Assembly: GCA_049287005.1 (NCBI GenBank)
Contig: JBAQEZ010000003.1
Span: 605,670-669,669, forward strand
Reading direction: 5' to 3'
DNA: 64,000 nt
Source of the DNA: Candidatus Moraniibacteriota bacterium
Lineage (GTDB): Bacteria; Patescibacteriota; Minisyncoccia; Moranbacterales; UBA1568
A program made the translations under genes and the position numbers. Positions 47,392-58,025 of the stretch are shown here, in pieces. Under the pieces are notes generated by a model, which saw only the letters and a program-made list of their open reading frames with translations, was not told where the DNA came from and ran no database searches. Position 1 is the stretch's first letter. The number at the start of each line of letters is the position of its first letter.

Positions 47392-49323
47392 TTATTTTTT
47401 CTCTTCTTCTGCTGGCTTGTCACCTTCCGGCTTTGCAGGTTCTGTTTCGGCTTCCTTAGGAGCCTCGGCAGTACCTTCGCCTTCGGGCTTGGCTTCGCCC
47501 TGCTTGGCCTTTTCGGCCTCTTGGGCGGCAGTATAGAGCTTCTGGCCGATGGCTTGGGCGGCGGTGGAGAGCGTCTCGGTCGCCTTCTTGATGGCTTCCA
47601 GATCATCACCGTTCTTCACCTTGTTCAGTTCCGTGATGGCTTCCTCGACCGGCTTCTTCTCATCGGCGGTCAACTTGTCACCCGCGTCTTTCAGAGCTTT
47701 CTCAGTCGTGTAGGAGAGCGAGTCTGCCATATTGCGTGCTTCGATGAGTTCCTTCTTGCGTTTGTCTTCATCGGCATGCATCTCGGCATCCTTGGTCATC
47801 CGTTCGATCTCATCCTTGGAAAGTCCGGTGGATGATTCGATGCGGATAGACTGGGATTTGTTGGTGGCCTTGTCCTTGGCCGTCACTGAGAGGATACCCG
47901 AGGCATCGATGTCGAAGGTCACTTCCACCTGCGGGACACCACGTGGTGCCGGCGGGATACCATCGAGGATGAATTGTCCGAGAGACTTGTTGTCACTGGC
48001 CATCTCACGCTCGCCCTGGAGCACGTGGATCTGTACCGATGGCTGGTTGTCAGCCGCGGTCGAGAAGACTTGTGAACGAGAGACCGGAACAGTCGTGTTG
48101 CGATCGATGAGTGGGGTACGTACGCCTCCCAAAGTTTCAATACCGAATGTCAGCGGAGTCACATCGAGGAGGAGCACATCTTTCACCGATCCCTCGAGTA
48201 CGCCTCCCTGGATAGCGGCACCGAGCGCCACGACTTCGTCAGGGTTGACCGAGATATTCGGTTTCTTGCCGAAGAATGCTTCTACCTTGGCAAGGACGAG
48301 CGGCATACGGGTCATCCCACCGACCAACACCACTTCGCTCAAATCCTTCACATCGAGATGGGCATCGGCCAAGGCTTTCTTGACCGGTTCGAAAGTGGCT
48401 TCAACGAGATCACCGACCAATTCTTCCAATTTGGCACGGCTCATCTTGATCAGCATGTGCTTCGGTCCGCTGGCATCAGCGGTGATGAACGGTTGATTGA
48501 TTTCTGTTTCATTGGCAGTTGAGAGTTCGATCTTGGCCTTCTCGGCAGATTCCTTGATGCGCTGGAGAGCCAGAGGATCTTTGGAAAGGTCCATGCCTTC
48601 CTGCTTCTTGAATTCGTCGAGGATCCAGTGGATGATGCGCTGGTCGAAGTCATCGCCACCCAAGTGGGTGTCACCGTTGGTCGACTTCACTTCGACGGTA
48701 TCTTCGGCCACTTCCAAAATAGAGATATCGAAGGTACCGCCGCCGAGATCATAGACCGCGATTTTCTCGTCTTTCTTTTTGTTGAAACCATAGGCCAGAG
48801 CTGCGGCCGTCGGCTCATTGATGATGCGACGGACATTGAACCCGGCGATTTCACCAGCCTCTTTGGTCGCTTTGCGCTGGGAGTCATCGAAGTATGCCGG
48901 CACAGTGATGACCGCGTCAGTGATCTTCTCGCCGAGTTTCTCTTCCGCATCGGCCTTCAGTTTCTGCAGCACCATCGCGGAGAGTTCCTGCGGAGAGTAT
49001 TCCTTGCCGCCCATCACGATCTTCACACCTTCACCGGCTTGGATGATCTTGTACGGAAGGGTTTTCATATCCCGCTTCACTTCATCATCGTTGAAATGCC
49101 GTCCGATGAGACGTTTCACGGAAAACAGCGTGTTCTCCGGGTTGGTCACGCCCTGGCGCTTGGCCAGAAGCCCCACCAGACGCTCGCCGGTCTTCGATAC
49201 GGCCACCATGGATGGGGTCGTCCGATTGCCTTCCTTGTTTTCGATTATGTTGGGGGTTCCGCCTTCCACGAATGCCATCGCGGAATTGGTCGTCCCCAAA
49301 TCGATACCGAGTATTTTACTCAT
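47392..49323 (-). CDS. dnaK: molecular chaperone DnaK (canonical Hsp70)
   Basis: [25 protein letters not shown] and a canonical substrate-binding domain [15 protein letters not shown]. Confidence 0.95.
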   Translation of the reverse strand: MSKILGIDLGTTNSAMAFVEGGTPNIIENKEGNRTTPSMVAVSKTGERLVGLLAKRQGVTNPENTLFSVKRLIGRHFNDDEVKRDMKTLPYKIIQAGEGVKIVMGGKEYSPQELSAMVLQKLKADAEEKLGEKITDAVITVPAYFDDSQRKATKEAGEIAGFNVRRIINEPTAAALAYGFNKKKDEKIAVYDLGGGTFDISILEVAEDTVEVKSTNGDTHLGGDDFDQRIIHWILDEFKKQEGMDLSKDPLALQRIKESAEKAKIELSTANETEINQPFITADASGPKHMLIKMSRAKLEELVGDLVEATFEPVKKALADAHLDVKDLSEVVLVGGMTRMPLVLAKVEAFFGKKPNISVNPDEVVALGAAIQGGVLEGSVKDVLLLDVTPLTFGIETLGGVRTPLIDRNTTVPVSRSQVFSTAADNQPSVQIHVLQGEREMASDNKSLGQFILDGIPPAPRGVPQVEVTFDIDASGILSVTAKDKATNKSQSIRIESSTGLSKDEIERMTKDAEMHADEDKRKKELIEARNMADSLSYTTEKALKDAGDKLTADEKKPVEEAITELNKVKNGDDLEAIKKATETLSTAAQAIGQKLYTAAQEAEKAKQGEAKPEGEGTAEAPKEAETEPAKPEGDKPAEEEKK

Positions 49324-49450
49324 ATTGTTGTTGTTACTTAATTTAAAACTTTGTTAATAAATGAGTGTTGCTTTTTAATTATGAATTTCTAATTTTGAAT
49401 TTTGATTGAAACTTGAATGATTTAATTTTTAAACACGTGATACTGGATAC

Positions 49451-50029
49451 TCATTTCACGATCACTTTCGCCGGACGGATCACTCTGTCCCCGAATTTGT
49501 AGCCCTTCTGCACGACTCTGGCAATAACATGTTCTTCTGGCTTGTCTTCTTTTTCTTCGACTTCTTCCCCCTCATTTTCCATTTTGATATTTCCATTTTG
49601 CATTTCTAATGCCTCATGGATGCTCGGATCGAATGTTTCCCCTTCCTTCGCTTCTATCGTCTGCATGCCGTTATCAGTCAAAACCGTTTCCAGCTGCTTT
49701 TCGATGTACTGGATGCCGACCACCCACGGACTGTCTTTCTGTTCTTCCGGTACATGCATCGTGGCGGAACAGAAGTTGTCGAGGACGGGAATGATATCGA
49801 GTACCAATCTCTCTATCAGGATTCCCCGCAAATCTTTCTGTGATTCTTGCTGACGCTTCTTGTAATTCTCAAAGTCCGCTCGTGCCCGTTTCAGATCCGT
49901 GAGATATTCCATCGCTTTCGTTTCCCAATCTCCGGCCGAAGCATCATCCGACGCCGGAGATTCGCCCGGCCCGGTCTCTTCTGGAGATTCCATAATTTCT
50001 TCCTCCTGATTCTTTTTCTTTTGTGTCAT
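49451..50029 (-). CDS. grpE: nucleotide exchange factor GrpE
   Basis: Sits in the hrcA-grpE-dnaK order and carries the C-terminal VVQKGYKFGDRVIRPAKV. Confidence 0.85.
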   Translation of the reverse strand: MTQKKKNQEEEIMESPEETGPGESPASDDASAGDWETKAMEYLTDLKRARADFENYKKRQQESQKDLRGILIERLVLDIIPVLDNFCSATMHVPEEQKDSPWVVGIQYIEKQLETVLTDNGMQTIEAKEGETFDPSIHEALEMQNGNIKMENEGEEVEEKEDKPEEHVIARVVQKGYKFGDRVIRPAKVIVK

Positions 50030-50033
50030 ATGC

Positions 50034-50795
50034 TTATTGCATCAGATAAATTACGTTGCCGGTGAAAACAATAACGAGCGATGAACTGAGCAGCTTCTTC
50101 ATATACTCGATGAGGGATTTGTTCTTGGCATATTCCATCCGTTTCGGTCCGATGATAGCAAGCATGCCGCGTTCGCCAGCTTTGTTCTGATACGGCGCGA
50201 TGATCATCGAACAATTGTCGATGCCCGAGATGGGATTCTCATCTCCGATGAAAATCTGTGTCTCTCCGTCTTTCAGTTTGAGCATGATACCATCCAGTTT
50301 CTCGTCCAACGAATCCAAGGTTTCTACCAAACGGCACAATTCATCCATTTCCTTGAACTCCGGCTTTTCGATCATCTCTTTCATCCCGAAATCGTATACT
50401 TCGTCTTTGCCGACAATGCCCGAGACCGCGAGATTCCCGGAAAGAGCGGAGAGGAGTTTGGCAGTCGTGCGACCGAGGCGGACGTGCTTGGCTTTCAGTA
50501 TGAGCAATTCTTTTTGCAAATGTTCCTGGTCTTTGCGCGAAAGGGTTTCTTCTCCCATCATCTCCTCGACGTACGTGCGGTAGCCTTTGTCGGTCGGGAT
50601 GCGTCCGGCGCTCACATGTGGCTGATAGAGATAGCCCTCTTCTTCGAGGGTGGCCATATCGCTACGGAGCGTCGCCGAACTGACCGGAAAATCAAATCGC
50701 TCCAGCAATGCCAACGACCCTATCGGTGATGCTGTTTCCGTATAGAGTTCGATGACCGCTGAGAGGACTTGCTGTTGGCGCTTGTTCATAAGCAA
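50034..50795 (-). CDS. hrcA: heat-inducible transcription repressor HrcA
   Basis: A winged-HTH N-terminus, in the operon position upstream of grpE. Confidence 0.8.
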   Translation of the reverse strand: MLMNKRQQQVLSAVIELYTETASPIGSLALLERFDFPVSSATLRSDMATLEEEGYLYQPHVSAGRIPTDKGYRTYVEEMMGEETLSRKDQEHLQKELLILKAKHVRLGRTTAKLLSALSGNLAVSGIVGKDEVYDFGMKEMIEKPEFKEMDELCRLVETLDSLDEKLDGIMLKLKDGETQIFIGDENPISGIDNCSMIIAPYQNKAGERGMLAIIGPKRMEYAKNKSLIEYMKKLLSSSLVIVFTGNVIYLMQ

Positions 50796-50879
50796 CTTAT
50801 TAGCTTGTAGCTTTTTTGCTTCGTTGGCTTAAAAAAATACTCAAACATTTACTCGCAATTTCATTATAAATACACGCTG

Positions 50880-50903
50880 GCACTCTGTCAAGTAGAGTGC
50901 TAA
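50880..50903. promoter_or_regulatory. CIRCE operator (GCACTC-N9-GAGTGCTAA) upstream of hrcA
   Basis: Matches the TTAGCACTC-N9-GAGTGCTAA consensus in the 3' half and 6 of 9 bases in the 5' half. Confidence 0.7.
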
Positions 50904-51375
50904 TGTTTCCGGACAGTTGAAAAGGGGCCCTATCGAGGATACCCCTTTTATTCTGCGGCAATGCCGCAAGATCACTAGCAATTCTTGCATTGATCGAGGC
51001 TGAGACATTCGAGAACGCACACGCGCTTGCTCGGATCATACCGCTCAGCCGCCCGTTCCGCTGACATCCTGATACCTCCCAAAGCCATACAATTGACCAT
51101 TACTGGGAAGTCAGGCGGGTCAGCCTGGCGTGGTTGTTTTTTTGAATCCAGCGCAGGCTTTTTCATGTTTTCCCTCCTTGTTGTTGAGCAACCCGCCGGT
51201 TGAAGACAAACTGACATCTGTTGGTAAGAATCCTGCTTGGCAAACACGCCCCGGCTCTGATACGACGCATCTCCTCCGCAAATGGGAGCGGAAGTCGCAC
51301 CCCCAGAATACTCAGCATGAGACACTCTATGATGTTCATTTTTTCTCCTTGATACGTGGGGGGTCAGCTAAATAT

Positions 51376-51582
51376 CTATTGGCACTTTCTTTGGCAGATA
51401 CCTCCGCAGACGGTGCTCCCTTCGCTGAAGTGATTCTGCCGCGCCTGCGCTACGGAAATAGCACGCTCTGGCACAACGGTTTTTTCCTTCTTCGCGAGCG
51501 ATGTGAGAAACACCTCACAGACGACACGCCCTGATACAGGGCGCGGTTTACGCTTTGTGCTCTGGATCTTCGATGGCGACAT
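51376..51582 (-). CDS. small Cys-rich hypothetical protein
   Basis: A strong RBS (GAGGAGA-6-ATG), in a GC-rich region with no other clear annotation. Confidence 0.3.
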   Translation of the reverse strand: MSPSKIQSTKRKPRPVSGRVVCEVFLTSLAKKEKTVVPERAISVAQARQNHFSEGSTVCGGICQRKCQ

Positions 51583-51608
51583 CGCATATCTCCTCTCTGT
51601 TGTTAAGC

Positions 51609-51845
51609 CTACTGTACCGGATCATATCCGCCGTCATTCCACGGATGACAACGCAGGATACGCTTCAGCCCCATAAAACCTCCTCGCACGATGCCGTACC
51701 GCTCTATCGCTTCATACGTATAGGCACTACAGGTCGGATGGAAACGACAGAAACGCTCCCCGAACACCTTGCCCATAAACCCGTGCTCCAGAGAGAGAGT
51801 TTTCTGGTATAAATGAATGAGTGAAAGCAAAAGTCGTTTCAACAT
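51609..51845 (-). CDS. yidD: membrane protein insertion efficiency factor YidD
   Basis: RFHPTCSAY...[11 protein letters not shown]. The start was taken at MLKRLL. Confidence 0.8.
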   Translation of the reverse strand: MLKRLLLSLIHLYQKTLSLEHGFMGKVFGERFCRFHPTCSAYTYEAIERYGIVRGGFMGLKRILRCHPWNDGGYDPVQ

Positions 51846-51931
51846 ATTCAGAGCATAATCCCCCCATGATAGTTTTGTCAATTCTGCCTTTGCTTGATAT
51901 ACTGAATGCAAATAAATCCCCTGGAAACGAA

Positions 51932-52840
51932 ATGCAAATTGTCCAACACAAAAAATTGACGTGGATAGATTTTGAAAACCCGAAAAGTGATGATATCACG
52001 TATCTGCAGGAGAATTTCAACATCCATCCGCTCGCGATAGAAGAGCTGATCACGCCCACCTATCAGCCCAAAGTCGTCCAATATGATAGCTGCCTGTTCC
52101 TTTCCATCCATATTCCTCTCTTCGATACGGAACATCGGACAACCTATCCCGGCGAGCTCGATATCATTCTCACGGCCGATCATCTCATCACGAGCCACAA
52201 GCAAAGTATCTACCAGCTGAGCAAGTTTCTCGAAGACTTGGAAAAAAGCACCGGCAAACGCCGACTATCGCTCGAAAAAACCCCTACCCATCTCTTGCAC
52301 GACCTAATCGAAGTACTCCTCGATTCCTGTTTCCCGCGCCTGAACCATATCAGCCAGAAGTTGGATTTCATCGAGACGCAGGTCTTCGCGGCGAAAGAAA
52401 AAGAGATGGTGTTCGAAATTTCCGTCCTCAAACGCGATATCCTCAATTTTCGCCGGACACTGAAACCGCAACGCTCGATCCTGGAATCCGTCATCCAAAA
52501 AAATCATCCCTTCATCCCGACGGATATCAAGATCTATTTCCAGGATCTGATCGGCACCAATGTCCGCCTCTGGAACATCCTGGAAAGCCAAAAGGAAACC
52601 ATCGAAGCTCTGGAAGCGACCAATAATTCTCTCCTCTCCAACAAGCTCGACCTCACGATGAAGGTGCTGACCATTTTCTCGGCTATCCTGCTTCCGATGA
52701 CGGTGTACTCCAATATGCTCGCGATGAGCGCCCAGATTCCCTTCGGACACAGTCCGTATGCTTTCTGGATTCACGCCGGATTTATGGCGCTCCTTTCTAT
52801 CATGACGATCACAATTTTCAGAATCAAGAAATGGCTCTGA
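51932..52840 (+). CDS. corA: CorA-family magnesium transporter (divergent GMN region)
   Basis: A cytoplasmic domain plus two C-terminal TM helices with YSNM in the GMN position. The start is uncertain, either 51821 or 51932. Confidence 0.6.
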   Translation: MQIVQHKKLTWIDFENPKSDDITYLQENFNIHPLAIEELITPTYQPKVVQYDSCLFLSIHIPLFDTEHRTTYPGELDIILTADHLITSHKQSIYQLSKFLEDLEKSTGKRRLSLEKTPTHLLHDLIEVLLDSCFPRLNHISQKLDFIETQVFAAKEKEMVFEISVLKRDILNFRRTLKPQRSILESVIQKNHPFIPTDIKIYFQDLIGTNVRLWNILESQKETIEALEATNNSLLSNKLDLTMKVLTIFSAILLPMTVYSNMLAMSAQIPFGHSPYAFWIHAGFMALLSIMTITIFRIKKWL

Positions 52841-52909
52841 TGTCATCCATGAAGTTATCAAGTTCATAAAGTGAAATAGCTTTACAACTTTAAGAACTTT
52901 ATACTGTTT

Positions 52910-54322
52910 ATGCAATTCTACAATACCCTCTCCAAAAAGAAAGAAATATTTGAACCTCTCCATCCCGGCAAAGTCGGGATGTATACTTGCGGTCCGACGG
53001 TCTATGGATATATCCATATCGGCAATATTCGCGCCTACATGTTCGCCGATACTTTGCGTCGCGTACTCGAAGACGCTGGCTATGAAGTCCGCATGATCAA
53101 GAACATCACCGATGTCGGCCATCTGACGGCCGATGACACCGGACAAGGCGACAGCGGAGAAGATAAAATCGAGAAAAAAGCCCAGCAGGAGAAAAAAACA
53201 CCCGAAGAAATCATTCGTTTCTATGAAGGATATTTTCTGCAAACGGAAAAAGCGCTCAACATCCTGCCGGCTCATTATTTTCCCCGTGCAACAGCGCACA
53301 TCAAACAGATGATCAAGCTCATTGAAGAGCTCATAGCCAAAGGGCACGCCTATGAGAAAAATGGCAATGTCTTCCTCGATGTCACGACATTTCCGGCGTA
53401 TGGAAAACTTTCCGGTAATACGCTGGCAAATCTGAAAGTCGGCGCGCGCCTCGAAGAACATCCTGACAAAAAAAATCCCTGGGATTTCGCTCTCTGGCTC
53501 AAGGCGCCCCAAGGCCACCTGATGCATTGGACTTCTCCGTGGAGCGAAGGCTATCCCGGTTGGCATATCGAATGCAGCGCCATGAGCATGGAGTACCTCG
53601 GCAACACTCTCGATATCCACACGGGCGGCGAAGACAATATTTTCCCGCATCACGAAGCGGAAATTGTTCAGTCCGAAGGCGTCACCGGAAAACCCTTCGT
53701 CCGTTACTGGCTCCATACCCGCCACCTCCTCGTGAATGGCGAGAAGATGGCCAAATCAAAAGGGGATTTTTATGTTTTGGAAAATATCGTGGAGAAAGGT
53801 TTTTCCCCGGTGGATCTGCGCATGCTCCTCATCAGCACGCACTATCGCAGTCAGATGAACTTTACCTGGGAAGCCCTCGAACAAGCGAAGAAAAACAAAG
53901 AAGCGCTATTCGGCATCGTAGAGAGGCTGCAAGGCATCCCCGATACTCAGAATGACCCGGCATCATTCGATGGAGCAGATTCGCTCTCCTCATTCCGCAA
54001 TGCGATGCAGGACGATATGAACGCGCCTGAAGCGCTCGCCATCGCTTTGGAGCTCGCAAAAAAAACAAATGCGCTGCTTGATACCAAAGAAACGGTACAT
54101 CGCGCTGCCCTGCAATCGCTGTTCGGAAAAATATTCTTTCTTTTCGGTCTGAAGCAGGAAACCGATGCTGTCCCCGAAGAAGTCGATGTCTTCGCCCGAG
54201 CTCGTGAAACAGCCCGCGCCAACAAAGACTTCGCCGAGTCCGATCGTCTGCGTGATCTCATCCTCGCTCACGGCTACAAAGTGGAAGATGTCCCGGAGGG
54301 CTATCGTCTGAAGAAAAATTAA
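52910..54322 (+). CDS. cysS: cysteine--tRNA ligase
   Basis: The HIGH motif ([13 protein letters not shown]) and the KMSKS motif (KMAKSKGD). Confidence 0.9.
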   Translation: MQFYNTLSKKKEIFEPLHPGKVGMYTCGPTVYGYIHIGNIRAYMFADTLRRVLEDAGYEVRMIKNITDVGHLTADDTGQGDSGEDKIEKKAQQEKKTPEEIIRFYEGYFLQTEKALNILPAHYFPRATAHIKQMIKLIEELIAKGHAYEKNGNVFLDVTTFPAYGKLSGNTLANLKVGARLEEHPDKKNPWDFALWLKAPQGHLMHWTSPWSEGYPGWHIECSAMSMEYLGNTLDIHTGGEDNIFPHHEAEIVQSEGVTGKPFVRYWLHTRHLLVNGEKMAKSKGDFYVLENIVEKGFSPVDLRMLLISTHYRSQMNFTWEALEQAKKNKEALFGIVERLQGIPDTQNDPASFDGADSLSSFRNAMQDDMNAPEALAIALELAKKTNALLDTKETVHRAALQSLFGKIFFLFGLKQETDAVPEEVDVFARARETARANKDFAESDRLRDLILAHGYKVEDVPEGYRLKKN

Positions 54323-54398
54323 ACGCTATTACGCTCCAATCCCGCTCTTTTGTCAAGATGTGTTGAATTCTCCAGCCAAAGGCGTATAATGGTAATCT

Positions 54399-55757
54399 AT
54401 GGCAAAAACTCCTGAACATCTCCGCGTTCCGCCGCACAATCTCGAAGCTGAGACTTCTGTCCTCGGTTCTTTGATGCTCGACAAGGACGCAATCATCAAA
54501 ATCGCTGATTTGCTGAAAGTCGGTGATTTCTACAAAGATGATCACAATCTGATTTATGAAACCATGCTCGCGCTCTATGAAGAACGTGAGCCGATTGACG
54601 TTTTGTCACTGGCCAACAAGCTGGAAGAAAAAGGGAAACTCGAAAGCGTCGGCGGATCGAATTATCTCGCCTCGCTCGTGAACTCCGTTCCGTCTGCTAC
54701 CAATGTCGTCCACTACGCCAAAGTCGTCCAGAAAAAAGTCTTGCTTCGCCGGCTCATCAGCGCGGCCAGCGATATCGTCGAAATCGGCTATGATGAATCG
54801 GAGGACGTACAGAAGATTCTCGACGAAGCCGAGCAGAAAATATTCGCGGTTTCTCAGAAATATATCAAACAAGATTTCGTTCCGATCAAATCCATCCTTG
54901 AAGTGGCATTCAACCGTATCGACGAATTGCACAAAAGCGATCACGCTTTCCGCGGAGTACAGACGCATTTCCATGATCTCGACAATATTCTTGCCGGACT
55001 GCAGAAATCCGACCTCATCATCCTGGCCGCTCGTCCTTCCGTCGGCAAGACCTCCTTGGCGCTCGACATCGCCAGGCAAGTGGGCGTGCATTCCAAAGTC
55101 CCTGTCGGGATCTTTTCGCTGGAAATGGGCTCCGATCAGCTAGTGGATCGTATGATCGCTTCCCAGGCTGGAGTGGATCTCTGGAAACTCCGTACCGGCA
55201 AACTCTCCAGCGAAGGCCCGGGCAACGATTTCGAACGGATTTCCGACGCTATGGGAGTGCTTTCTGAAGCCTCTATTTTCATCGATGATTCCGGTTCGCT
55301 CAACATCATGGAAATGAGGACGATGGCTCGGCGTCTGCAAGCGGAACACAATCTCGGCCTCATCATCGTCGACTATCTCCAGCTGATGGAAGGCCGGAGC
55401 AGCAAAGGAGACAACCGTGTCCAGGAAATTTCGGAGATTTCCCGCGGTTTGAAGCAGCTCGCACGTGAACTCAATATCCCGCTCATCGCCCTGTCGCAGC
55501 TGTCCCGTGCTGTCGAATCCCGTCCCGACCAAATCCCGAAGTTGTCCGACTTGCGCGAATCAGGTTCCATCGAGCAGGATGCCGACGTAGTGATGTTCCT
55601 CTACCGTGAAGACCGTGTCAAACCGGATACCCCGAACAAAAACATCGCCGATATCATCATCGCCAAACACCGCAACGGCCCTGTCGGGAAAATTCAGCTG
55701 TTCTTCGATGAAAATGCCGCTACATTCAAATCACTGGAAAAAATCCACAACGATTAA
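54399..55757 (+). CDS. dnaB: replicative DNA helicase DnaB
   Basis: An N-terminal DnaB domain, a Walker A motif AARPSVGKTS, and DYLQLM. Confidence 0.9.
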   Translation: MAKTPEHLRVPPHNLEAETSVLGSLMLDKDAIIKIADLLKVGDFYKDDHNLIYETMLALYEEREPIDVLSLANKLEEKGKLESVGGSNYLASLVNSVPSATNVVHYAKVVQKKVLLRRLISAASDIVEIGYDESEDVQKILDEAEQKIFAVSQKYIKQDFVPIKSILEVAFNRIDELHKSDHAFRGVQTHFHDLDNILAGLQKSDLIILAARPSVGKTSLALDIARQVGVHSKVPVGIFSLEMGSDQLVDRMIASQAGVDLWKLRTGKLSSEGPGNDFERISDAMGVLSEASIFIDDSGSLNIMEMRTMARRLQAEHNLGLIIVDYLQLMEGRSSKGDNRVQEISEISRGLKQLARELNIPLIALSQLSRAVESRPDQIPKLSDLRESGSIEQDADVVMFLYREDRVKPDTPNKNIADIIIAKHRNGPVGKIQLFFDENAATFKSLEKIHND

Positions 55758-55793
55758 GACTCTAGCTGCATATACCAAAGTAAAAATAAACAT

Positions 55794-56390
55794 ATGCACT
55801 ATCCGAAAGTTTTCCAATCCTTGATTGCGCACTTCTCATCGCTCCCCTCCGTCGGACCGAAGATGGCCGAGCGTATCGTGCTCTATCTCTTCAAACAAGA
55901 CGAGGAAAGGCTGCAAGGCTTCGCCGAGAGCCTCGAAGCGCTCCATCACCTGAAAAGCTGCGTCCGCTGCTTCCATATCGCCGAAAGCGATCTGTGCGCG
56001 ATCTGCGCCGATCCGAAACGGATCACGAACACGCTCTGTCTCGTCGAAGAGCCGCTCGATGTCATCGCTATCGAACGTACCGGTACCTATCAGGGGCTCT
56101 ATCATGTCCTAGGCGGCCTCCTGGAAAGCGGACGGAGCGACAATAGCGGTAATCTCCGCATCAACGAACTCCTCAAGCGGGTAGAGGATGACGCTATAGA
56201 GGAAGTCATCCTGGCGACCAATCCGACCACGGAAGGCGATATGACCGCTCTCTACCTGAAAAAGAAGCTGGAACCGTTCCATATCAAGGTCACCCGCATC
56301 GCTCGGGGCATGGCCACCGGAGGCGACATCGAATACGCCGATGAAATGACCCTCACCGCCTCCTTGACAAATCGCAAGGAACTGGCATAA
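55794..56390 (+). CDS. recR: recombination protein RecR
   Basis: A helix-hairpin-helix, a zinc finger CVRC...CAIC, and a Toprim domain. Confidence 0.9.
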   Translation: MHYPKVFQSLIAHFSSLPSVGPKMAERIVLYLFKQDEERLQGFAESLEALHHLKSCVRCFHIAESDLCAICADPKRITNTLCLVEEPLDVIAIERTGTYQGLYHVLGGLLESGRSDNSGNLRINELLKRVEDDAIEEVILATNPTTEGDMTALYLKKKLEPFHIKVTRIARGMATGGDIEYADEMTLTASLTNRKELA

Positions 56391-56476
56391 TATTATCATA
56401 AGTAAGTACCTTTTAATTGACGAGTTATCGAGCTCGTTTTTTCATGAATCCAACCGAATCATACAAGGAGGAAACA

Positions 56477-56659
56477 ATGATACCCCATCCCATACTGTTT
56501 CAACCCGGAATGGAGGGGAAATTCGTCCCTCACGAGGCCATCGAAGAAGGAAAGATGGCAGAGCAGCTCTTGTTGTTTCCGCCGAGTATTGAAGAGGAGC
56601 AGCTTATCCCTCCTCAGGCAGAAACACTATCAGGTCAATCCGCAGAGGAAAGGAGGTAA
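56477..56659 (+). CDS. small hypothetical protein
   Basis: A strong RBS (AGGAGG-6-ATG) and a terminator hairpin after it. Confidence 0.35.
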   Translation: MIPHPILFQPGMEGKFVPHEAIEEGKMAEQLLLFPPSIEEEQLIPPQAETLSGQSAEERR

Positions 56660-56719
56660 GGGGGCAAGCCCGCGGAGAAGATTCTTTCTCCCGGGCTTTT
56701 CAATTGATAAGAAGCAGCA

Positions 56720-56751
56720 AAAAACCCGCTCGGATATTCCCGGCGGGTTTT
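56720..56751. terminator. bidirectional terminator hairpin downstream of rplU
   Basis: AAAACCCGC...GCGGGTTTT. Confidence 0.6.
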
Positions 56752-56770
56752 GCAATTTCTGAGAGAAAGA

Positions 56771-57079
56771 TTAGGCAACGATCTTGGTGATCTCTACTTC
56801 CGTGTAGGTTTGGCGATGACCGAAGCGAACCAGATAGCGCTTCTTGGCTTTGTGCTTGATACCCTTGACTTTGGGGTGACGCTCCTGCGCGAGCACCTTG
56901 CCTTCCACAACCGCCTTTTCCAAGACCGGCGTGCCCACCTGTACCGCTTTTTCGTCTCCGGTGAACAGCACCTCGAACGTCACGGTATCACCGACTTCCT
57001 TTTCCAGCTTTTCAATCTTCACTTTTTGACCCTGGGAAACCTTGTACTGCTTTCCGCCGGTTCTGATAATCGCGAGCAT
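56771..57079 (-). CDS. rplU: 50S ribosomal protein L21
   Basis: MLAIIRTGGKQYKVSQGQKV... Confidence 0.9.
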   Translation of the reverse strand: MLAIIRTGGKQYKVSQGQKVKIEKLEKEVGDTVTFEVLFTGDEKAVQVGTPVLEKAVVEGKVLAQERHPKVKGIKHKAKKRYLVRFGHRQTYTEVEITKIVA

Positions 57080-57167
57080 ATGCCAAAATACGAGTCATTT
57101 AAATACTTGTCCACTATACGTGATTTCCCCTTCACTGTCAAATGGGCGGCGGCACTTCCTCGTTCTA

Positions 57168-57196
57168 TTGACAAATTCCCTATTCAGGTGTATAAT
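57168..57196 (+). promoter_or_regulatory. consensus sigma70 promoter (TTGACA-17-TATAAT)
   Basis: An exact -35/-10 pair with 17-nt spacing, reading toward the LuxI-like gene. Confidence 0.6.
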
Positions 57197-57317
57197 ATTC
57201 CGTTAGATCATTAACAACGAGCAGCCCTGTTTTTTCCTTATTTTTGCTCCCGGTGAGCCGCCATATTTTCGCATCCCCTTACCCGGGGAAGGCATGCGGC
57301 TTATCGTGGAGCAAATC

Positions 57318-57962
57318 ATGAAAAACAATCTGGGAGTAGTAAGAAGCATCACCCCCGCAGCGGCACCACTACCGTATGAACCGACGATTATCTTCGCTGG
57401 CACCAAGAACAAGCGGCAAAAGGAGCTTGTCAAGGATCATTACCGGCGGCGTCATGATGTTTTCGCCGTCCAATACGGCTGGGAAGACATCCGTGCCGAC
57501 GGGATGGAACAAGACGGCTACGACCGCTTCGGTCATTGCGACTACGTCCTCCTGGTGCGTGCCGATGGAAGAGTAGGCGCTGGCTGCCGTCTCATTTGGA
57601 GCACGCCGGCCTCACCGCTCCCGATCCAGGAGTTTCTCGAGGATCCCAGCAGCGTGCCGACTGGTTCCGTGGAAATTTCACGGATGACCGCCACGCCCGA
57701 AACGGCCAGGTCTTCCAGCCGCTTCCTCGGATATCTCCTCGGTTACCTGGCGGAACGCGAAGTATCGGGCTTCTACGTCACCATCCGGAAGCGTCTGCTC
57801 GAGAAGTACGCTCATAGCGGATTCAATCGCTACGAGCTGCTCCCTGGACAAGCGATGGAAAAGACCAGCCGGGACGGAACGAGAGAGTCCTTCCTTCCGG
57901 TCCGTATCGGTCTGGAGGGAGAACAACAAGCTATCAGCCTCCTCTCGAGGCTGTGCCGATGA
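57318..57962 (+). CDS. LuxI-family autoinducer-synthase-like GNAT (N-acyl amino acid/homoserine-lactone synthase family)
   Basis: HDVFAVQYGWEDI, EQDGYDRFGH, GCRLIWSTP and EISRM correspond to the conserved LuxI blocks R..VF...W, E.D.YD, RL.PT and E.SRF. Confidence 0.6.
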   Translation: MKNNLGVVRSITPAAAPLPYEPTIIFAGTKNKRQKELVKDHYRRRHDVFAVQYGWEDIRADGMEQDGYDRFGHCDYVLLVRADGRVGAGCRLIWSTPASPLPIQEFLEDPSSVPTGSVEISRMTATPETARSSSRFLGYLLGYLAEREVSGFYVTIRKRLLEKYAHSGFNRYELLPGQAMEKTSRDGTRESFLPVRIGLEGEQQAISLLSRLCR

Positions 57963-58025
57963 AAAACAACGAGCCCCACTAGTGTAACAACACAGTGGGG
58001 CTCAAAAATTTTCCAGAATAAAAAT

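Noticed and set aside
47732-49357. + strand ORFs of 179–254 aa
   Set aside because: They lie antisense to dnaK.
50950-51600. An RNase P RNA, or an rpmH–rnpA pair upstream of yidD
   Set aside because: I could not find the P4 consensus (AGGAAAGUCCGGGCUCC / ACAGAACCCGGCUUA) on either strand. The small ORF MSPSKIQSTKRK... matches L34 only in its first residues.
52304-53725. A 473-aa ORF on the minus strand
   Set aside because: It lies antisense to corA and cysS, both of which have clear family motifs. Long spurious antisense ORFs are expected in GC-rich coding DNA.
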